The position numbers and the translations under genes are program-made. This document shows positions 27,809 through 39,306 of a DNA stretch of 64,000 nt, piece by piece; position 1 is the first letter of the stretch; each line of letters starts with the position of its first letter. The notes beneath the pieces were generated by a model. The model searched no databases and had not been told where the DNA came from. It worked only from the letters and a program-made list of their open reading frames with translations. This stretch comes from Acidimicrobiia bacterium (GTDB taxonomy: Bacteria > Actinomycetota > Acidimicrobiia > Acidimicrobiales > Bin134): positions 152,731 through 216,730 of the forward strand of contig JAJDYE010000016.1 in the NCBI GenBank assembly GCA_022822905.1. Reading direction: 5' to 3'.

Positions 27809-28572
27809 GGGGCCACCCGATCGTTTGATCGGCTGCGGTGGGCAGTGATGCCCTCGACTACCAGGCTGACCAACGCGTCGAGATAGAGCTCGCCGGCATC
27901 GGCCGTGGATCCCCGGGGGTCGCCGATGACACCGACCGGCGACAGGGCGGCCATGCCCTCAGAGCGCAGCTTGGCACTGGCCGACGCGGCCGGTCCCACA
28001 TGACCGGCGACTGCCGACGCCATGTCCACCCGATCAGGGGCGATGGCCAGCATGATGCTGGTCTCGAAGTGCCCTCCATGGGTTCCAACCAGCTCTCGAT
28101 CCAAACTGAGCTGATCCTCGGCTACCCGATGGACGGCATCCCGTTGGGCGGGCCAGTCGTCGAACGAGACCACCCGGCTCTGCTCGGTGGGGCCCAACTC
28201 GGCCATAGCTGCGGCCATTGCCCCCACATTTCCGGCATGGCCAGTAACCACGTAGGCGCTCCGGAAACCGTGGCTCAGCAGGGTTTGGATCACTTCCGCA
28301 AGCACCGCCTGAAGAGTGGTGTCGCTCAGGCTGGCCGTGCCGGGAAATGCCAGATGGTGATGGGAGGCACCAACGGGAAGGCAGGGCACCACCGCACACT
28401 CCCCCGCTTGAAGGGCCGCCCGGTCGGCCACTGCCTCAGCGATGAGTGCGTCGGTATCCAGGGGTAGATGAGGACCGTGCTGCTCCAAGGCACCCAGCGG
28501 GATCATCACATCCAGCGGACCCTGTTCGAGCCGCTCGCCCAGAGTCGTCCAGCTCATCGCTCCCAGTCGCAC
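27805..28572 (-). CDS. Creatininase (creatinine amidohydrolase) family protein
   Basis: IPLGALEQHGPHLPLDTD and VTGHAGN are typical of the creatininase/MftE family. Confidence 0.75.
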   Translation of the reverse strand: MRLGAMSWTTLGERLEQGPLDVMIPLGALEQHGPHLPLDTDALIAEAVADRAALQAGECAVVPCLPVGASHHHLAFPGTASLSDTTLQAVLAEVIQTLLSHGFRSAYVVTGHAGNVGAMAAAMAELGPTEQSRVVSFDDWPAQRDAVHRVAEDQLSLDRELVGTHGGHFETSIMLAIAPDRVDMASAVAGHVGPAASASAKLRSEGMAALSPVGVIGDPRGSTADAGELYLDALVSLVVEGITAHRSRSNDRVAP

Positions 28573-28579
28573 GGGCGCC

Positions 28580-29059
28580 TCAGAGGTCGGTGAGAGTGGC
28601 GTCGAGGTAGGTGGGCTTTTGCGGGCGGCCGACGCCGATCACCACCTGCACCAGGGCTTCCTTATCAGTGTGGTTGCGCAAACCGTGCATGATCCCGGCG
28701 GGGCTGTAGATCATCTCCCGTTCTCCCAAGACCGTATCGACGATCCGCCCGTCGTCGTCCTCCCACCATGCGGTCAGCTCTCCCTTGACCACGAAGAAGA
28801 CCTCTTCTACCTCGTGGGCATGCGACGGGGCCACGGCCCCGGGGGGCATCATCATCACCGACAAAGTGAAGTTGTCGGCCGTGACCGTTCCGGGCTCGTA
28901 GTGCTTGCCGGTAATGCTCGCCCCCACCATCCGCACATGGGCCCGGCGGTATTCCTCCTTCAAGTCCCCTTGGGCGGCAAACGGCTCCCAGTCCAGTTCC
29001 TTGCTCCCGTACCGCTGGACATGCTCGGAGAATTCAGCATCAGTGAACTGACTCGCCAT
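28580..29059 (-). CDS. Cupin domain protein
   Basis: 159 aa with the cupin metal motif PSHAHEVEEVFFVVKG...GIMHGLRN. It is the first gene of the operon, with GGAGG-like GGGAGGG upstream. Confidence 0.7.
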   Translation of the reverse strand: MASQFTDAEFSEHVQRYGSKELDWEPFAAQGDLKEEYRRAHVRMVGASITGKHYEPGTVTADNFTLSVMMMPPGAVAPSHAHEVEEVFFVVKGELTAWWEDDDGRIVDTVLGEREMIYSPAGIMHGLRNHTDKEALVQVVIGVGRPQKPTYLDATLTDL

Positions 29060-29097
29060 GCTCGTCCCTCCCCCCTAGTTGCTTCAGTGCTCGGTAT

Positions 29098-29110
29098 CTT
29101 AGTTTCTAAG
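29098..29110. promoter_or_regulatory. Short palindrome (CTTAG-n3-CTAAG) in the leader/promoter region of the 15-gene minus-strand operon; possible operator
   Basis: cttagtttctaag lies 39 bp upstream of the cupin ATG (29059), in the only AT-richer stretch of the 98-bp spacer. Confidence 0.25.
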
Positions 29111-29157
29111 TGTTGTCGGCGCTCAGGGACTCCCAATCCGACAAACTGGGGACGGCC

Positions 29158-30093
29158 CTAGGCGAGTTGTCGCTGGCGGGCGAGGGTGATCGTTTGGCCC
29201 GGTCGGGATGGCGCAATCAAGACGGCGCCGGCTTGGACTTCCTGGTTGCTGCTCTTTCGTTTCGTCGGAGGAGAAAGGGTGATCGGCTGGTTCATGGTCA
29301 ATTCCAAGATCAACCCAGCCGCGCCCTGCGTGAGGTCCAGGGCTTCGGAGTCCCGCTGGGCTGGACCGAAGTTGGCTACTGCTCGACGACGGAGCAGTAC
29401 GGGGTCTTGGACGGCAAGGTGGTCGTGAAGCACGACGCCAGCGGGAACGAACACCAGCCATCGCCTCGTGAGTGAATGGAGAGATCGGGCCCCGACCACC
29501 GCCAACGCTCCGCCTGCCACTGCCACGGCCACTCCAGCCGCCCAATGCTCGGCAGCCAACAGCAGCGGTCCGCTGACGGTGCCGCCCACCGTGATCGCGG
29601 CCGCCACCGGCACCGGCCCGGCCAGCAGCAGCGCCGGTGGCCGCAGCAGGAGCCGTACTTCGTCGCCGTAGGAGATGCCGTTCACAAACACATGGCCCAC
29701 CGGGGCGCTCAGCGCCACTGCGGCTACCGCGGCGGTAACGGCGGCCACCAATGCGACCTCACCCCAGTCGGCACCCTGCCTCCCCGCCCAAACCAGGGCC
29801 ACCACCGCGGCGGGTACGGCCAATCGGACAATGACCAGTGTGGCCGGATGCACCAACAGAGAGCCCACCAGCACCACGCCCCACAGCACCCAAAGCCCCA
29901 CTGAAGCAGTCGAGCGCCAAGCCGCGGCGGTCTCGTGCAGCCCATCGGCCAACACCGGCCCAGCAGTAAACGGCAACGCCGCCCACCACACTCGCACCAC
30001 CCAGGCCCAAACTCGATCCCCCCCGAGACCCCTCACCCACCCCACTACAGCATCTCCTCTTTCAAGACCAAAACCAGCCTTTCTCTTGGGCAT
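29158..30093 (-). CDS. Hypothetical polytopic membrane protein
   Basis: Start trimmed to the ATG at 30093 (MPKRKAGFG...). It has several Ala/Val/Leu/Trp-rich helices and no recognisable catalytic motif. Confidence 0.45.
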   Translation of the reverse strand: MPKRKAGFGLERGDAVVGWVRGLGGDRVWAWVVRVWWAALPFTAGPVLADGLHETAAAWRSTASVGLWVLWGVVLVGSLLVHPATLVIVRLAVPAAVVALVWAGRQGADWGEVALVAAVTAAVAAVALSAPVGHVFVNGISYGDEVRLLLRPPALLLAGPVPVAAAITVGGTVSGPLLLAAEHWAAGVAVAVAGGALAVVGARSLHSLTRRWLVFVPAGVVLHDHLAVQDPVLLRRRAVANFGPAQRDSEALDLTQGAAGLILELTMNQPITLSPPTKRKSSNQEVQAGAVLIAPSRPGQTITLARQRQLA

Positions 30094-30112
30094 TGAGTGA
30101 CCACCACCGGGT

Positions 30113-30535
30113 CTAGAGGCCGTCAAGAACTGGGTTGAAGGGAGTGCCGTCGGGCAAGCGGTACGTGTTGAAGCCCCTGCGGTCCAAGGTGAGGATGTTT
30201 GGCACAGCCAGCCGCTCTGCCAGCAGCACCAGGGTGGCATCGGCAAAGTCCATGGGAGTGTCGGCGTAGCGCTGCATCAACTCGGTGGCAGCCTGGATGT
30301 CGGCAGACTCACACATCCCGTTTACTTGCATTCCACTTTGAGAGATGAACTCGCTGACGGCCATGGCTCCGTAGCGGGCGCGGCGGACGAAATGCATGGC
30401 TTCGGTTACCACTGCGGCCGTGGTAGCCAGCATGCCCGTGAACCCGTCCATGATCTCGCCGACTTGGTCATGTTCGATCTCGCTGGAATCGAGGTAGGCG
30501 ACCAATGGTCCAGTATCGACCAGCCAAGTGTTCAC
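30113..30535 (-). CDS. vapC: PIN-domain ribonuclease toxin (VapC family)
   Basis: MNTWLVDTGPLVAYLD... (first acidic residue), then TTAAVVTEA and FADATLV. There is a 4-nt overlap with an upstream RHH gene. Confidence 0.75.
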   Translation of the reverse strand: MNTWLVDTGPLVAYLDSSEIEHDQVGEIMDGFTGMLATTAAVVTEAMHFVRRARYGAMAVSEFISQSGMQVNGMCESADIQAATELMQRYADTPMDFADATLVLLAERLAVPNILTLDRRGFNTYRLPDGTPFNPVLDGL

Positions 30536-30780
30536 GAGCGCCAGTTGTGGGCGCGTATCTCAGATTGCCAGTCGTCTTGGGGGGCGTCGGCGGTATCGGC
30601 TTGGATCAAGCCCCGGAGAAGGCCGACACGATCGCCCAGAGGACGAGCTGCCACCGCGTCGCTCAAGGCCTCCCGCACCACCTGTGAAACCGAAGTGCCC
30701 AATGCTTCAGCCCGGCGTACAGCCGCGTCCCACAACTCGGTCTCCACCCGCACAGTCAGCAACTTCGTAGTCATTGCCAC
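30532..30780 (-). CDS. vapB: Ribbon-helix-helix antitoxin (VapB/CopG-like)
   Basis: 82 aa. LTVRVETELWDAAVRRAEALGTSVSQVVREAL is a typical RHH. Confidence 0.7.
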   Translation of the reverse strand: MAMTTKLLTVRVETELWDAAVRRAEALGTSVSQVVREALSDAVAARPLGDRVGLLRGLIQADTADAPQDDWQSEIRAHNWRS

Positions 30781-30784
30781 ACAG

Positions 30785-30804
30785 TGTACGACACTTGTAC
30801 GACA
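30785..30804. promoter_or_regulatory. Tandem direct repeat TGTACGACA x2 (11-bp period) immediately upstream of vapB; putative antitoxin operator
   Basis: The copies lie at 30785-30793 and 30796-30804, starting 5 bp upstream of the vapB start codon at 30780. Confidence 0.35.
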
Positions 30805-30947
30805 ACACTACCGAGAATTGGGAAATCGTCCTCAGCAGCCGCAACTCAATCCGTCGGACCGCCTCCACACCCCCGGTCACAGACCTGTCAAGTGCCTACG
30901 CTGTCGAACGCCTTTCAGCTCAATCTGATTGCCTGATCTCAGATGAA

Positions 30948-30961
30948 TCAAGATAACTTGA
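30948..30961. repeat. 14-bp direct repeat TCAAGATAACTTGA, left copy
   Basis: An identical 14-mer recurs at 32448-32461, exactly 1500 bp away. Together they bracket the DUF222-HNH gene. Confidence 0.6.
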
Positions 30962-30977
30962 GAAACGTAGCCCAACT

Positions 30978-31014
30978 GCCCAATGCTCATCGGCTTGTGC
31001 TCTGGGGATGGCAG
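30978..31014 (+). pseudogene. 37-bp relic/duplicate of the 5' part of the DEDDh exonuclease gene (att-like repeat, left copy)
   Basis: gcccaaTgctcatcggcttgtgctctggggatGgcag matches 33037-33073 at 35/37 positions, with a 25-nt exact core. The reading frame hits a stop just after the match. Confidence 0.6.
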
Positions 31015-31088
31015 TTTAGGCACCCAACGTATTTCCGCCTTCCGGAGATGCAAGATCAAACTGTCACTGGTGTCGGTAGACTAGTGGC

Positions 31089-32456
31089 ATGGATTTAGGT
31101 GGCCTCACCAGGGGAAATGCCACACCGAATGGCAAAACCCCCGCGGTCCGCGAAAGCAGTTGCGTGGGTGTCGAGTTTGCTGATTTTGCCGATTTGGGGT
31201 CTGGTGAACTGGTCAAGCTGATCTTGCAGGCAGATAGCGCTAGGCGTCAGCTGGACGGCTATCTGACTGCCCTCTTGGGCCGTTTCGGTGATTTGGAGGG
31301 CCAGGACGCAGCTGAAGAGTTGTGTCGCCAGTTCGGCCTCGGCCGTCACCGGGCCCGCCGACAGGCCAAGACCGCCAGCGCGCTCAACGCACTACCCAAC
31401 ACGCTAGATGCAGCCAAACAAGGTTGGATCTCCATCGACCACGCCCAAGCGATGGGCGAGTCGCACCAACGGGCCCCGTTGTCAACCGAGCAAGAATTGG
31501 CACTCATTACCGCGGCAATCACCGAGGATCTCGATGAGTTCAAGAAGACCGTGGCCCGCGACGAGGACCAACGCCAGGCCGACGATGGATTGACCCGCAA
31601 TGAACGGCAGCGGCAAAGACGTAGTGGCAAGGTGTTCGACGGCGACAACGACATGGTTGTCCTGCACGCCGAGTTCGACCGCGCCGCAGGCGAGCGAGTC
31701 AAGACGTCGCTGTTTGCCCTAGCCGACCGAATGTTCAGAGAAGACGCCAAGACCGGATCAGACCGCACCCATGAGCAACGCACGGCTGATGCCATGGTCG
31801 CCCTCATCACCCAACAGCCCGAAAGAGCCGACAAGGCTGGCAGCGATGCCAGCAGTGACGGCTACAGCATTGGCGACACCGGTGATGACCAATCGGGATG
31901 CGGCGAACTCACCCCGCAAGCCACCACATTGATCGTCACTGTGGACTACGACACATTGAGCGGTCAGCTCAAGAACGCCGGGCTCATCAACGGCACCCCA
32001 ATCGAAGTCGACGAACTCCGACACATCGCCTGCGACGCCGGAATTGTGCCCGCTATTTTCGCGGCCGACGGCCAACCCCTCTACATGGGAAGAAAACAAC
32101 GAGCCGCCACCGCCGCCCAGAAACTCGCCCTCTGCGTCCGCGACAAGCGCTGCGTCGGCTGCGGCATGCGAGCCAGCGCATGCGACGCTCACCACATCAA
32201 TTGGTGGGACGACGACGGCCCCACCGATATCACCAACCTCGTGCTGCTCTGCCCCAAATGCCACAAGAAGGTCCACAAACACGGTTACTTGGTGAATCAA
32301 GACTCCGGCGGGAGACATCAGCTTCGCCCGCCATCCCGCACAAGAGCTCGCAGCCCGGACAATGCGACCGACTACCCACCGGGAATCACCCTGCACCAAC
32401 CCCTAGACACAAGGGCACTCTCACCTGACAGAGGGGTCAGCCATGTGTCAAGATAA
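31089..32456 (+). CDS. DUF222 domain / HNH endonuclease (REP13E12-type protein)
   Basis: 455 aa. The C-terminal HNH is CVGCGMRASACDAHHINWWDDDGPTDITNLVLLCPKCHKKVH. The N-terminal helical region resembles the mycobacterial 13E12 repeat family. Confidence 0.8.
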   Translation: MDLGGLTRGNATPNGKTPAVRESSCVGVEFADFADLGSGELVKLILQADSARRQLDGYLTALLGRFGDLEGQDAAEELCRQFGLGRHRARRQAKTASALNALPNTLDAAKQGWISIDHAQAMGESHQRAPLSTEQELALITAAITEDLDEFKKTVARDEDQRQADDGLTRNERQRQRRSGKVFDGDNDMVVLHAEFDRAAGERVKTSLFALADRMFREDAKTGSDRTHEQRTADAMVALITQQPERADKAGSDASSDGYSIGDTGDDQSGCGELTPQATTLIVTVDYDTLSGQLKNAGLINGTPIEVDELRHIACDAGIVPAIFAADGQPLYMGRKQRAATAAQKLALCVRDKRCVGCGMRASACDAHHINWWDDDGPTDITNLVLLCPKCHKKVHKHGYLVNQDSGGRHQLRPPSRTRARSPDNATDYPPGITLHQPLDTRALSPDRGVSHVSR

Positions 32457-32461
32457 CTTGA
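32448..32461. repeat. 14-bp direct repeat TCAAGATAACTTGA, right copy (contains the HNH gene stop codon)
   Basis: Exact copy of 30948-30961. Confidence 0.6.
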
Positions 32462-32465
32462 CCCC

Positions 32466-32687
32466 GTGGATCCCGTAATCCTGGAATGCGCCCGGAGGCA
32501 CGGGATCTCTGACCAACGTATGCTGCATGCCTACCGCAACCCGATCCGAGTCTTCGAAGACGGGGACCTCGTCATCCTTATAGGATGCGACGAGGCCGCT
32601 CGACTGCTGGAGGTGGGGGTGGCCGTGGGCGAGGGTATCGAGTTCATTGTTCACGCTATGCCAGCAAGACCTAGGTTCCTGGAGTGA
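32466..32687 (+). CDS. Small toxin-like protein (actinobacterial family ending ...HAMPARPRFL)
   Basis: 73 aa, reading ILECARRHGISDQRMLHAYRNPIRVFEDGDLVILIGCDEAARLLEVGV...IVHAMPARPRFLE. GTGA overlap with the next small gene. Confidence 0.45.
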   Translation: MDPVILECARRHGISDQRMLHAYRNPIRVFEDGDLVILIGCDEAARLLEVGVAVGEGIEFIVHAMPARPRFLE

Positions 32688-32977
32688 GCGCTATGCCCCG
32701 ATCCATTCAAGACATCCTCGACCATGCCGATGAGCTGGCCCAGAGGTTCGAAGACTACGTACCGACAGAAGGCGACGAAGTGCCTGTGGAGGAGTACTTG
32801 TTGAAGCGAGCTGTCATGGCCCGGGCTCGCTGCGAAGCAGATATCGTAGAAGCCGTTGCTGCGGCCCGGACGAAGGGCATCACCTGGAGCCGGGTAGGAG
32901 AGATGCTGGGAACATCACCGCAAGCCGCACAACAGCGCTACGGCACGCTCATCGAACAAACCGGCGCGAAGCTCTGA
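32684..32977 (+). CDS. Small antitoxin-like/HTH protein
   Basis: 97 aa. The C-terminal KGITWSRVGEMLGTSPQAAQQRYG looks like an HTH. It is translationally coupled to both neighbours. Confidence 0.4.
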   Translation: MSAMPRSIQDILDHADELAQRFEDYVPTEGDEVPVEEYLLKRAVMARARCEADIVEAVAAARTKGITWSRVGEMLGTSPQAAQQRYGTLIEQTGAKL

Positions 32978-33933
32978 TGCCCACGCACCATCAGCAAATC
33001 CCCTCCTTCGCAGCCATCGACTTTGAAACTGCCACCGCCCAACGCTCATCGGCTTGTGCTCTGGGGATAGCAGCTGTTGATGACGGGATCATCGTCGATG
33101 AGCAGAGTTGGCTAATTCGACCGCCACATAACGAATACGACGATTTCAATACTTGGCTGCATGGGATCAGCGCTGCTGACACCAGGGACGCCCCAGCATT
33201 CGATGAGGTGTGGTCACAAGCAACTGCATTGATAGGAGATCGTGTGCTCGTTGCTCACAACGCAGCGTTTGATATGTCAGTTGTTCGTCACTCTGCGATC
33301 TCTTGCGACTACACCCCTCCCGAAGCATCATTCCTATGTACGTACCGTCTAGCGCGTAGCTGCTGGCCAGATCTTGGATCATGGAGATTGCCTGATGTGT
33401 GCGAGGCGCTAGGTATAGGTGACCTCAACCATCATGATGCTATGTCGGACGCGCGTGCAGCCGCCAGGGTGTTGATGGCCATGTGCGAATCAACCAGCAA
33501 AAGCGTTATCGAAGTGTGCGAGACCTTGGGCTACAGAATTGGCCTCCTGTCGAGTCACCGCTATGCACCCTTCTCAAACGCGACAGGTGCCCGTATATCC
33601 GACATCAAACCAACCGTTGATGAAATCGACCCAGATGGTCAGCTGTTCGGTAAGCGGATTGCCTTCACGGGCACCCTGGATTCAATGACCCGCAATGCGG
33701 CCTTTCAAGCCACGGTCAACTCGGGTGGAGAGCCCTCCACTTCGGTTTCCAAACGTACCCACTTTCTGGTAATCGGGATGACCGACTATACCAAAGTCGG
33801 TGCTGATGGAATGTCTTCCAAGCTGCGGAAGGCGATGGAGCTCAACGAGTCAGGATCGGCCATTGAGATCATCAACGAAAACGACTTCCTCCGTATGGCC
33901 GATCCCGCTGCCTTCTCTCACGACAGCGATTAG
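32977..33933 (+). CDS. DEDDh 3'-5' exonuclease (DnaQ/epsilon-like) fused to a C-terminal BRCT domain
   Basis: Exo I is AAIDFETA, Exo II is LVAHNAAFDMSVV and Exo III is HHDAMSDARAAARV. The BRCT-like C-terminus is GKRIAFTGTLDSMTRNAAFQATVNSGGEPSTSVSKRTHFLVIG. Confidence 0.8.
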   Translation: MPTHHQQIPSFAAIDFETATAQRSSACALGIAAVDDGIIVDEQSWLIRPPHNEYDDFNTWLHGISAADTRDAPAFDEVWSQATALIGDRVLVAHNAAFDMSVVRHSAISCDYTPPEASFLCTYRLARSCWPDLGSWRLPDVCEALGIGDLNHHDAMSDARAAARVLMAMCESTSKSVIEVCETLGYRIGLLSSHRYAPFSNATGARISDIKPTVDEIDPDGQLFGKRIAFTGTLDSMTRNAAFQATVNSGGEPSTSVSKRTHFLVIGMTDYTKVGADGMSSKLRKAMELNESGSAIEIINENDFLRMADPAAFSHDSD

Positions 33934-36915
<2,982 letters not shown>

Positions 36916-36980
36916 GCTTGAAGCTGAGCCAACCCCCGTCGCCGCCAGAAACTCCCGTCCCGCCAACGCACACACAATAG

Positions 36981-36994
36981 CCGTACAAGTACGG
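36981..36994. promoter_or_regulatory. Inverted repeat CCGTAC-aa-GTACGG upstream of an antitoxin gene; putative operator overlapping a TATGAT -10-like hexamer
   Basis: The IR lies at 36981-36994. The hexamer ttatgat follows at 36995-37001. The ATG is at 37013. Confidence 0.35.
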
Positions 36995-37012
36995 TTATGA
37001 TACCATATTTGT

Positions 37013-37258
37013 ATGGCCAGCAAGACAACCATCAACTTCGACAACGAGATGGAGGCTGCGCTCGCGGAATTGGTGGCGATGGACGGCACGAAGAAGTTAG
37101 CCATCAAGCGATCTCTCCTCGCCGAGGTTAAGCGGCGCCGCCGCAGCCAGGCGATACTCAACATGATCTCCTCATGGGAAGCAGACGAAGGCCCTATCGA
37201 CGATGAGCACCTCGAGTGGGCCGATACAGTTCTCGACCGGCAAGGGGTCGATCATTGA
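37013..37258 (+). CDS. Type II antitoxin-like protein
   Basis: 81 aa. It is located directly upstream of, and overlapping, a PIN-domain gene. No strong motif. Confidence 0.45.
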   Translation: MASKTTINFDNEMEAALAELVAMDGTKKLAIKRSLLAEVKRRRRSQAILNMISSWEADEGPIDDEHLEWADTVLDRQGVDH

Positions 37259-37608
37259 TCGTCGACGCGGGCCCCTTCATTGTCGACGGCGAGAACCTGA
37301 ACTCTCGACTCTGGGCAATGATCAAAAGGGCAGCCGAGCGTGGCGAAGACCTGCACACAACCCACCCAGTGCTGGCCCAGGTCTGGCGTGAACCAGCAAA
37401 ACAGGCGAATCTGGCCCGAGCACTGCGCCACTTCGACATCCACCCCCTCGATGAATCAGTAACCATCGGGCGCAGGCTGGCCAAGTCCGGAACCTCTGAC
37501 GTCGTCGATGCCCACCTCGCCGTGGTCGCGGAGGGTCTGGGCACATTCATCCTCACCTCAGACCGTGAAGACATGTTGCGGCTGAACGCCCGCGTGGAAG
37601 CCTACTGA
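37216..37608 (+). CDS. PIN-domain toxin-like protein (VapC-like)
   Basis: LIVDAGPFIVDGE... (N-terminal Asp), then SDVVDAHLAVVAE and ILTSDREDM. The true start may be the TTG at 37255, which overlaps the antitoxin stop. Confidence 0.55.
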   Translation: MGRYSSRPARGRSLIVDAGPFIVDGENLNSRLWAMIKRAAERGEDLHTTHPVLAQVWREPAKQANLARALRHFDIHPLDESVTIGRRLAKSGTSDVVDAHLAVVAEGLGTFILTSDREDMLRLNARVEAY

Positions 37609-37647
37609 TTGGAGAATCATCATGATTGACATGATTGAAGAGACGCC

Positions 37648-38295
37648 ATGATCGAAGCAGTGTTCTGGGATTTTGGCGGGGTGTTCACCGGGTCGCCGTT
37701 TCATCTCGACGACTACGCCCGTTCGCTGGGCACCACCAACGAGCGGCTTCTGGAGCACGTTTTCGGGCGGTACGAAGCGAATGTCGACCACCCCTGGCAC
37801 CGGCTGGAGCGGGGCGAGGGCACCCTGGCTGAGGCACTAGAGGCGGCGGATGAGGCCTGCCGGGCTGACGGAATCGAGGGGTTCAGCTCCGAGGGGTTCT
37901 TCAAGGCCATGAGCAGCGCTAGCAGCGATGAGCGCCGCGATAAGGCGGTGGCCAAAGTGCGGGAGTTGAACGAGGCAGGCATTAGACAGGCCATCATCAC
38001 CAACAACGCCAAAGAGTTCGGTGACATGTGGCGCTCTCTCATCCCGGTTGACGAGTTGTTCGAGGCGGTGATCGACTCCAGCGCGGTGGGCCTGCGCAAG
38101 CCCGATCCGAGGATCTACCAGCTGGCCCTTCAGCAATTGGAGATTTCTCGCCCCGAAACGAGTGCCTTTTTGGACGATTTCGAGCCCAACGTGGCCGCGG
38201 CCCGAGAGCTCGGCATGCACGGTGTACTGGTAGGAGACGACATCGCCCCCGCTCTGGCCGAACTCGACCGGATACTGGCCGAATTTACGGCTTGA
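37648..38295 (+). CDS. HAD-superfamily hydrolase (subfamily IA)
   Basis: The motif I variant is AVFWDFGGVF. Motifs II-IV are ITNN, GLRKPDPRIY and FLDDFEPNV. Confidence 0.75.
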   Translation: MIEAVFWDFGGVFTGSPFHLDDYARSLGTTNERLLEHVFGRYEANVDHPWHRLERGEGTLAEALEAADEACRADGIEGFSSEGFFKAMSSASSDERRDKAVAKVRELNEAGIRQAIITNNAKEFGDMWRSLIPVDELFEAVIDSSAVGLRKPDPRIYQLALQQLEISRPETSAFLDDFEPNVAAARELGMHGVLVGDDIAPALAELDRILAEFTA

Positions 38296-38364
38296 CCCCC
38301 CCAGCAATCAGCCATAAGACTGTCGGTTTGGAGGGGCGTCAGAAGGGGATACGCGGGCGCGCAC

Positions 38365-39291
38365 ATGACACTGCTAGAGCGAATTGCCACCGCGCCCATC
38401 AGTTGGGGTGTCTGCGAGATGCCGGGATGGGGATACCAGCTTCCCGTTGACGCTGTGCTCAAAGAGATGTCCGCCACCGGGTTCACCCATACTGAACTGG
38501 GATCGCTCGGCTATCTGCCCATCGAGCCTGCTCAGCTCAGGGCCGTCCTCAACCAGCACGATCTGTCGTTGCTGGGCGGCTTCGTCCCTTTGGTACTGCA
38601 CGACCCCTCGCAGATCCAGAGCACTCGAACAGCGGCGACTGAGGCCGCGGAGCTCATTTCCGGTGGCGGCGGTCGCTTTTTTGTCTCCTGCGCGGTCAGC
38701 CATCCCGACAACTGGCGTCAGGCGCCGCCCGGTGAGCACGAGTGGTCGGCAGTGGCCGATGCCCTGGCCGAGGTCGAGAGGATCGCCGCCGAACACGGCC
38801 TCATTCAGGCCTTCCACCCCCACTTCGGGTCGCTAGTGGAAACCAATACGGAGATCGAGCAGGTGCTGCATGCCAGCGATACCGCACTGGTGCTCGACAC
38901 CGCGCACCTTCTCCTCGGGGGCGGCGATGCAGCCGAGACGGCCAAGCGCTACCTGGATCGCATCGCACTCGTACACATCAAAGACGTAAACCTGGGCATC
39001 GCGGCCCAGGTTACGGCGGGAAAGCTGTCGCTCATGCAGGGCGTTCAGCAGGGCCTATTCCCGCCCTTAGGCCAGGGAGGACTGCCGATCGCCGAGATCG
39101 TCGACCTCCTTGAAAAATCAGGGCGCGACCTCTGGTACGTCCTGGAGCAGGATGCAGCGATAGCGGAGGGAGATCCTTCCGCCATAGCTCGGCTGAGGTT
39201 CGACGCCTGCCAGAGCATCGATTTCCTGCGAAGTCTGGAACCCGTTCTCGCGGGTGCCGGAGCCTCACACAAACAACAACAACTACCTTGA
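38365..39291 (+). CDS. Xylose isomerase-like TIM-barrel protein, probable inosose dehydratase (IolE-like)
   Basis: 308 aa. IATAPISWGVCEMPGWG resembles the IolE N-terminus. The gene heads an inositol cluster. Confidence 0.55.
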   Translation: MTLLERIATAPISWGVCEMPGWGYQLPVDAVLKEMSATGFTHTELGSLGYLPIEPAQLRAVLNQHDLSLLGGFVPLVLHDPSQIQSTRTAATEAAELISGGGGRFFVSCAVSHPDNWRQAPPGEHEWSAVADALAEVERIAAEHGLIQAFHPHFGSLVETNTEIEQVLHASDTALVLDTAHLLLGGGDAAETAKRYLDRIALVHIKDVNLGIAAQVTAGKLSLMQGVQQGLFPPLGQGGLPIAEIVDLLEKSGRDLWYVLEQDAAIAEGDPSAIARLRFDACQSIDFLRSLEPVLAGAGASHKQQQLP

Positions 39292-39306
39292 GAGGGGTAA
39301 TCCAAA

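Noticed and set aside
30877-31059. 60-aa minus-strand ORF covering the 14-bp repeat and the exonuclease-fragment duplicate
   Set aside because: It has no motif and no RBS, and it spans sequence better explained as non-coding repeat or relic.
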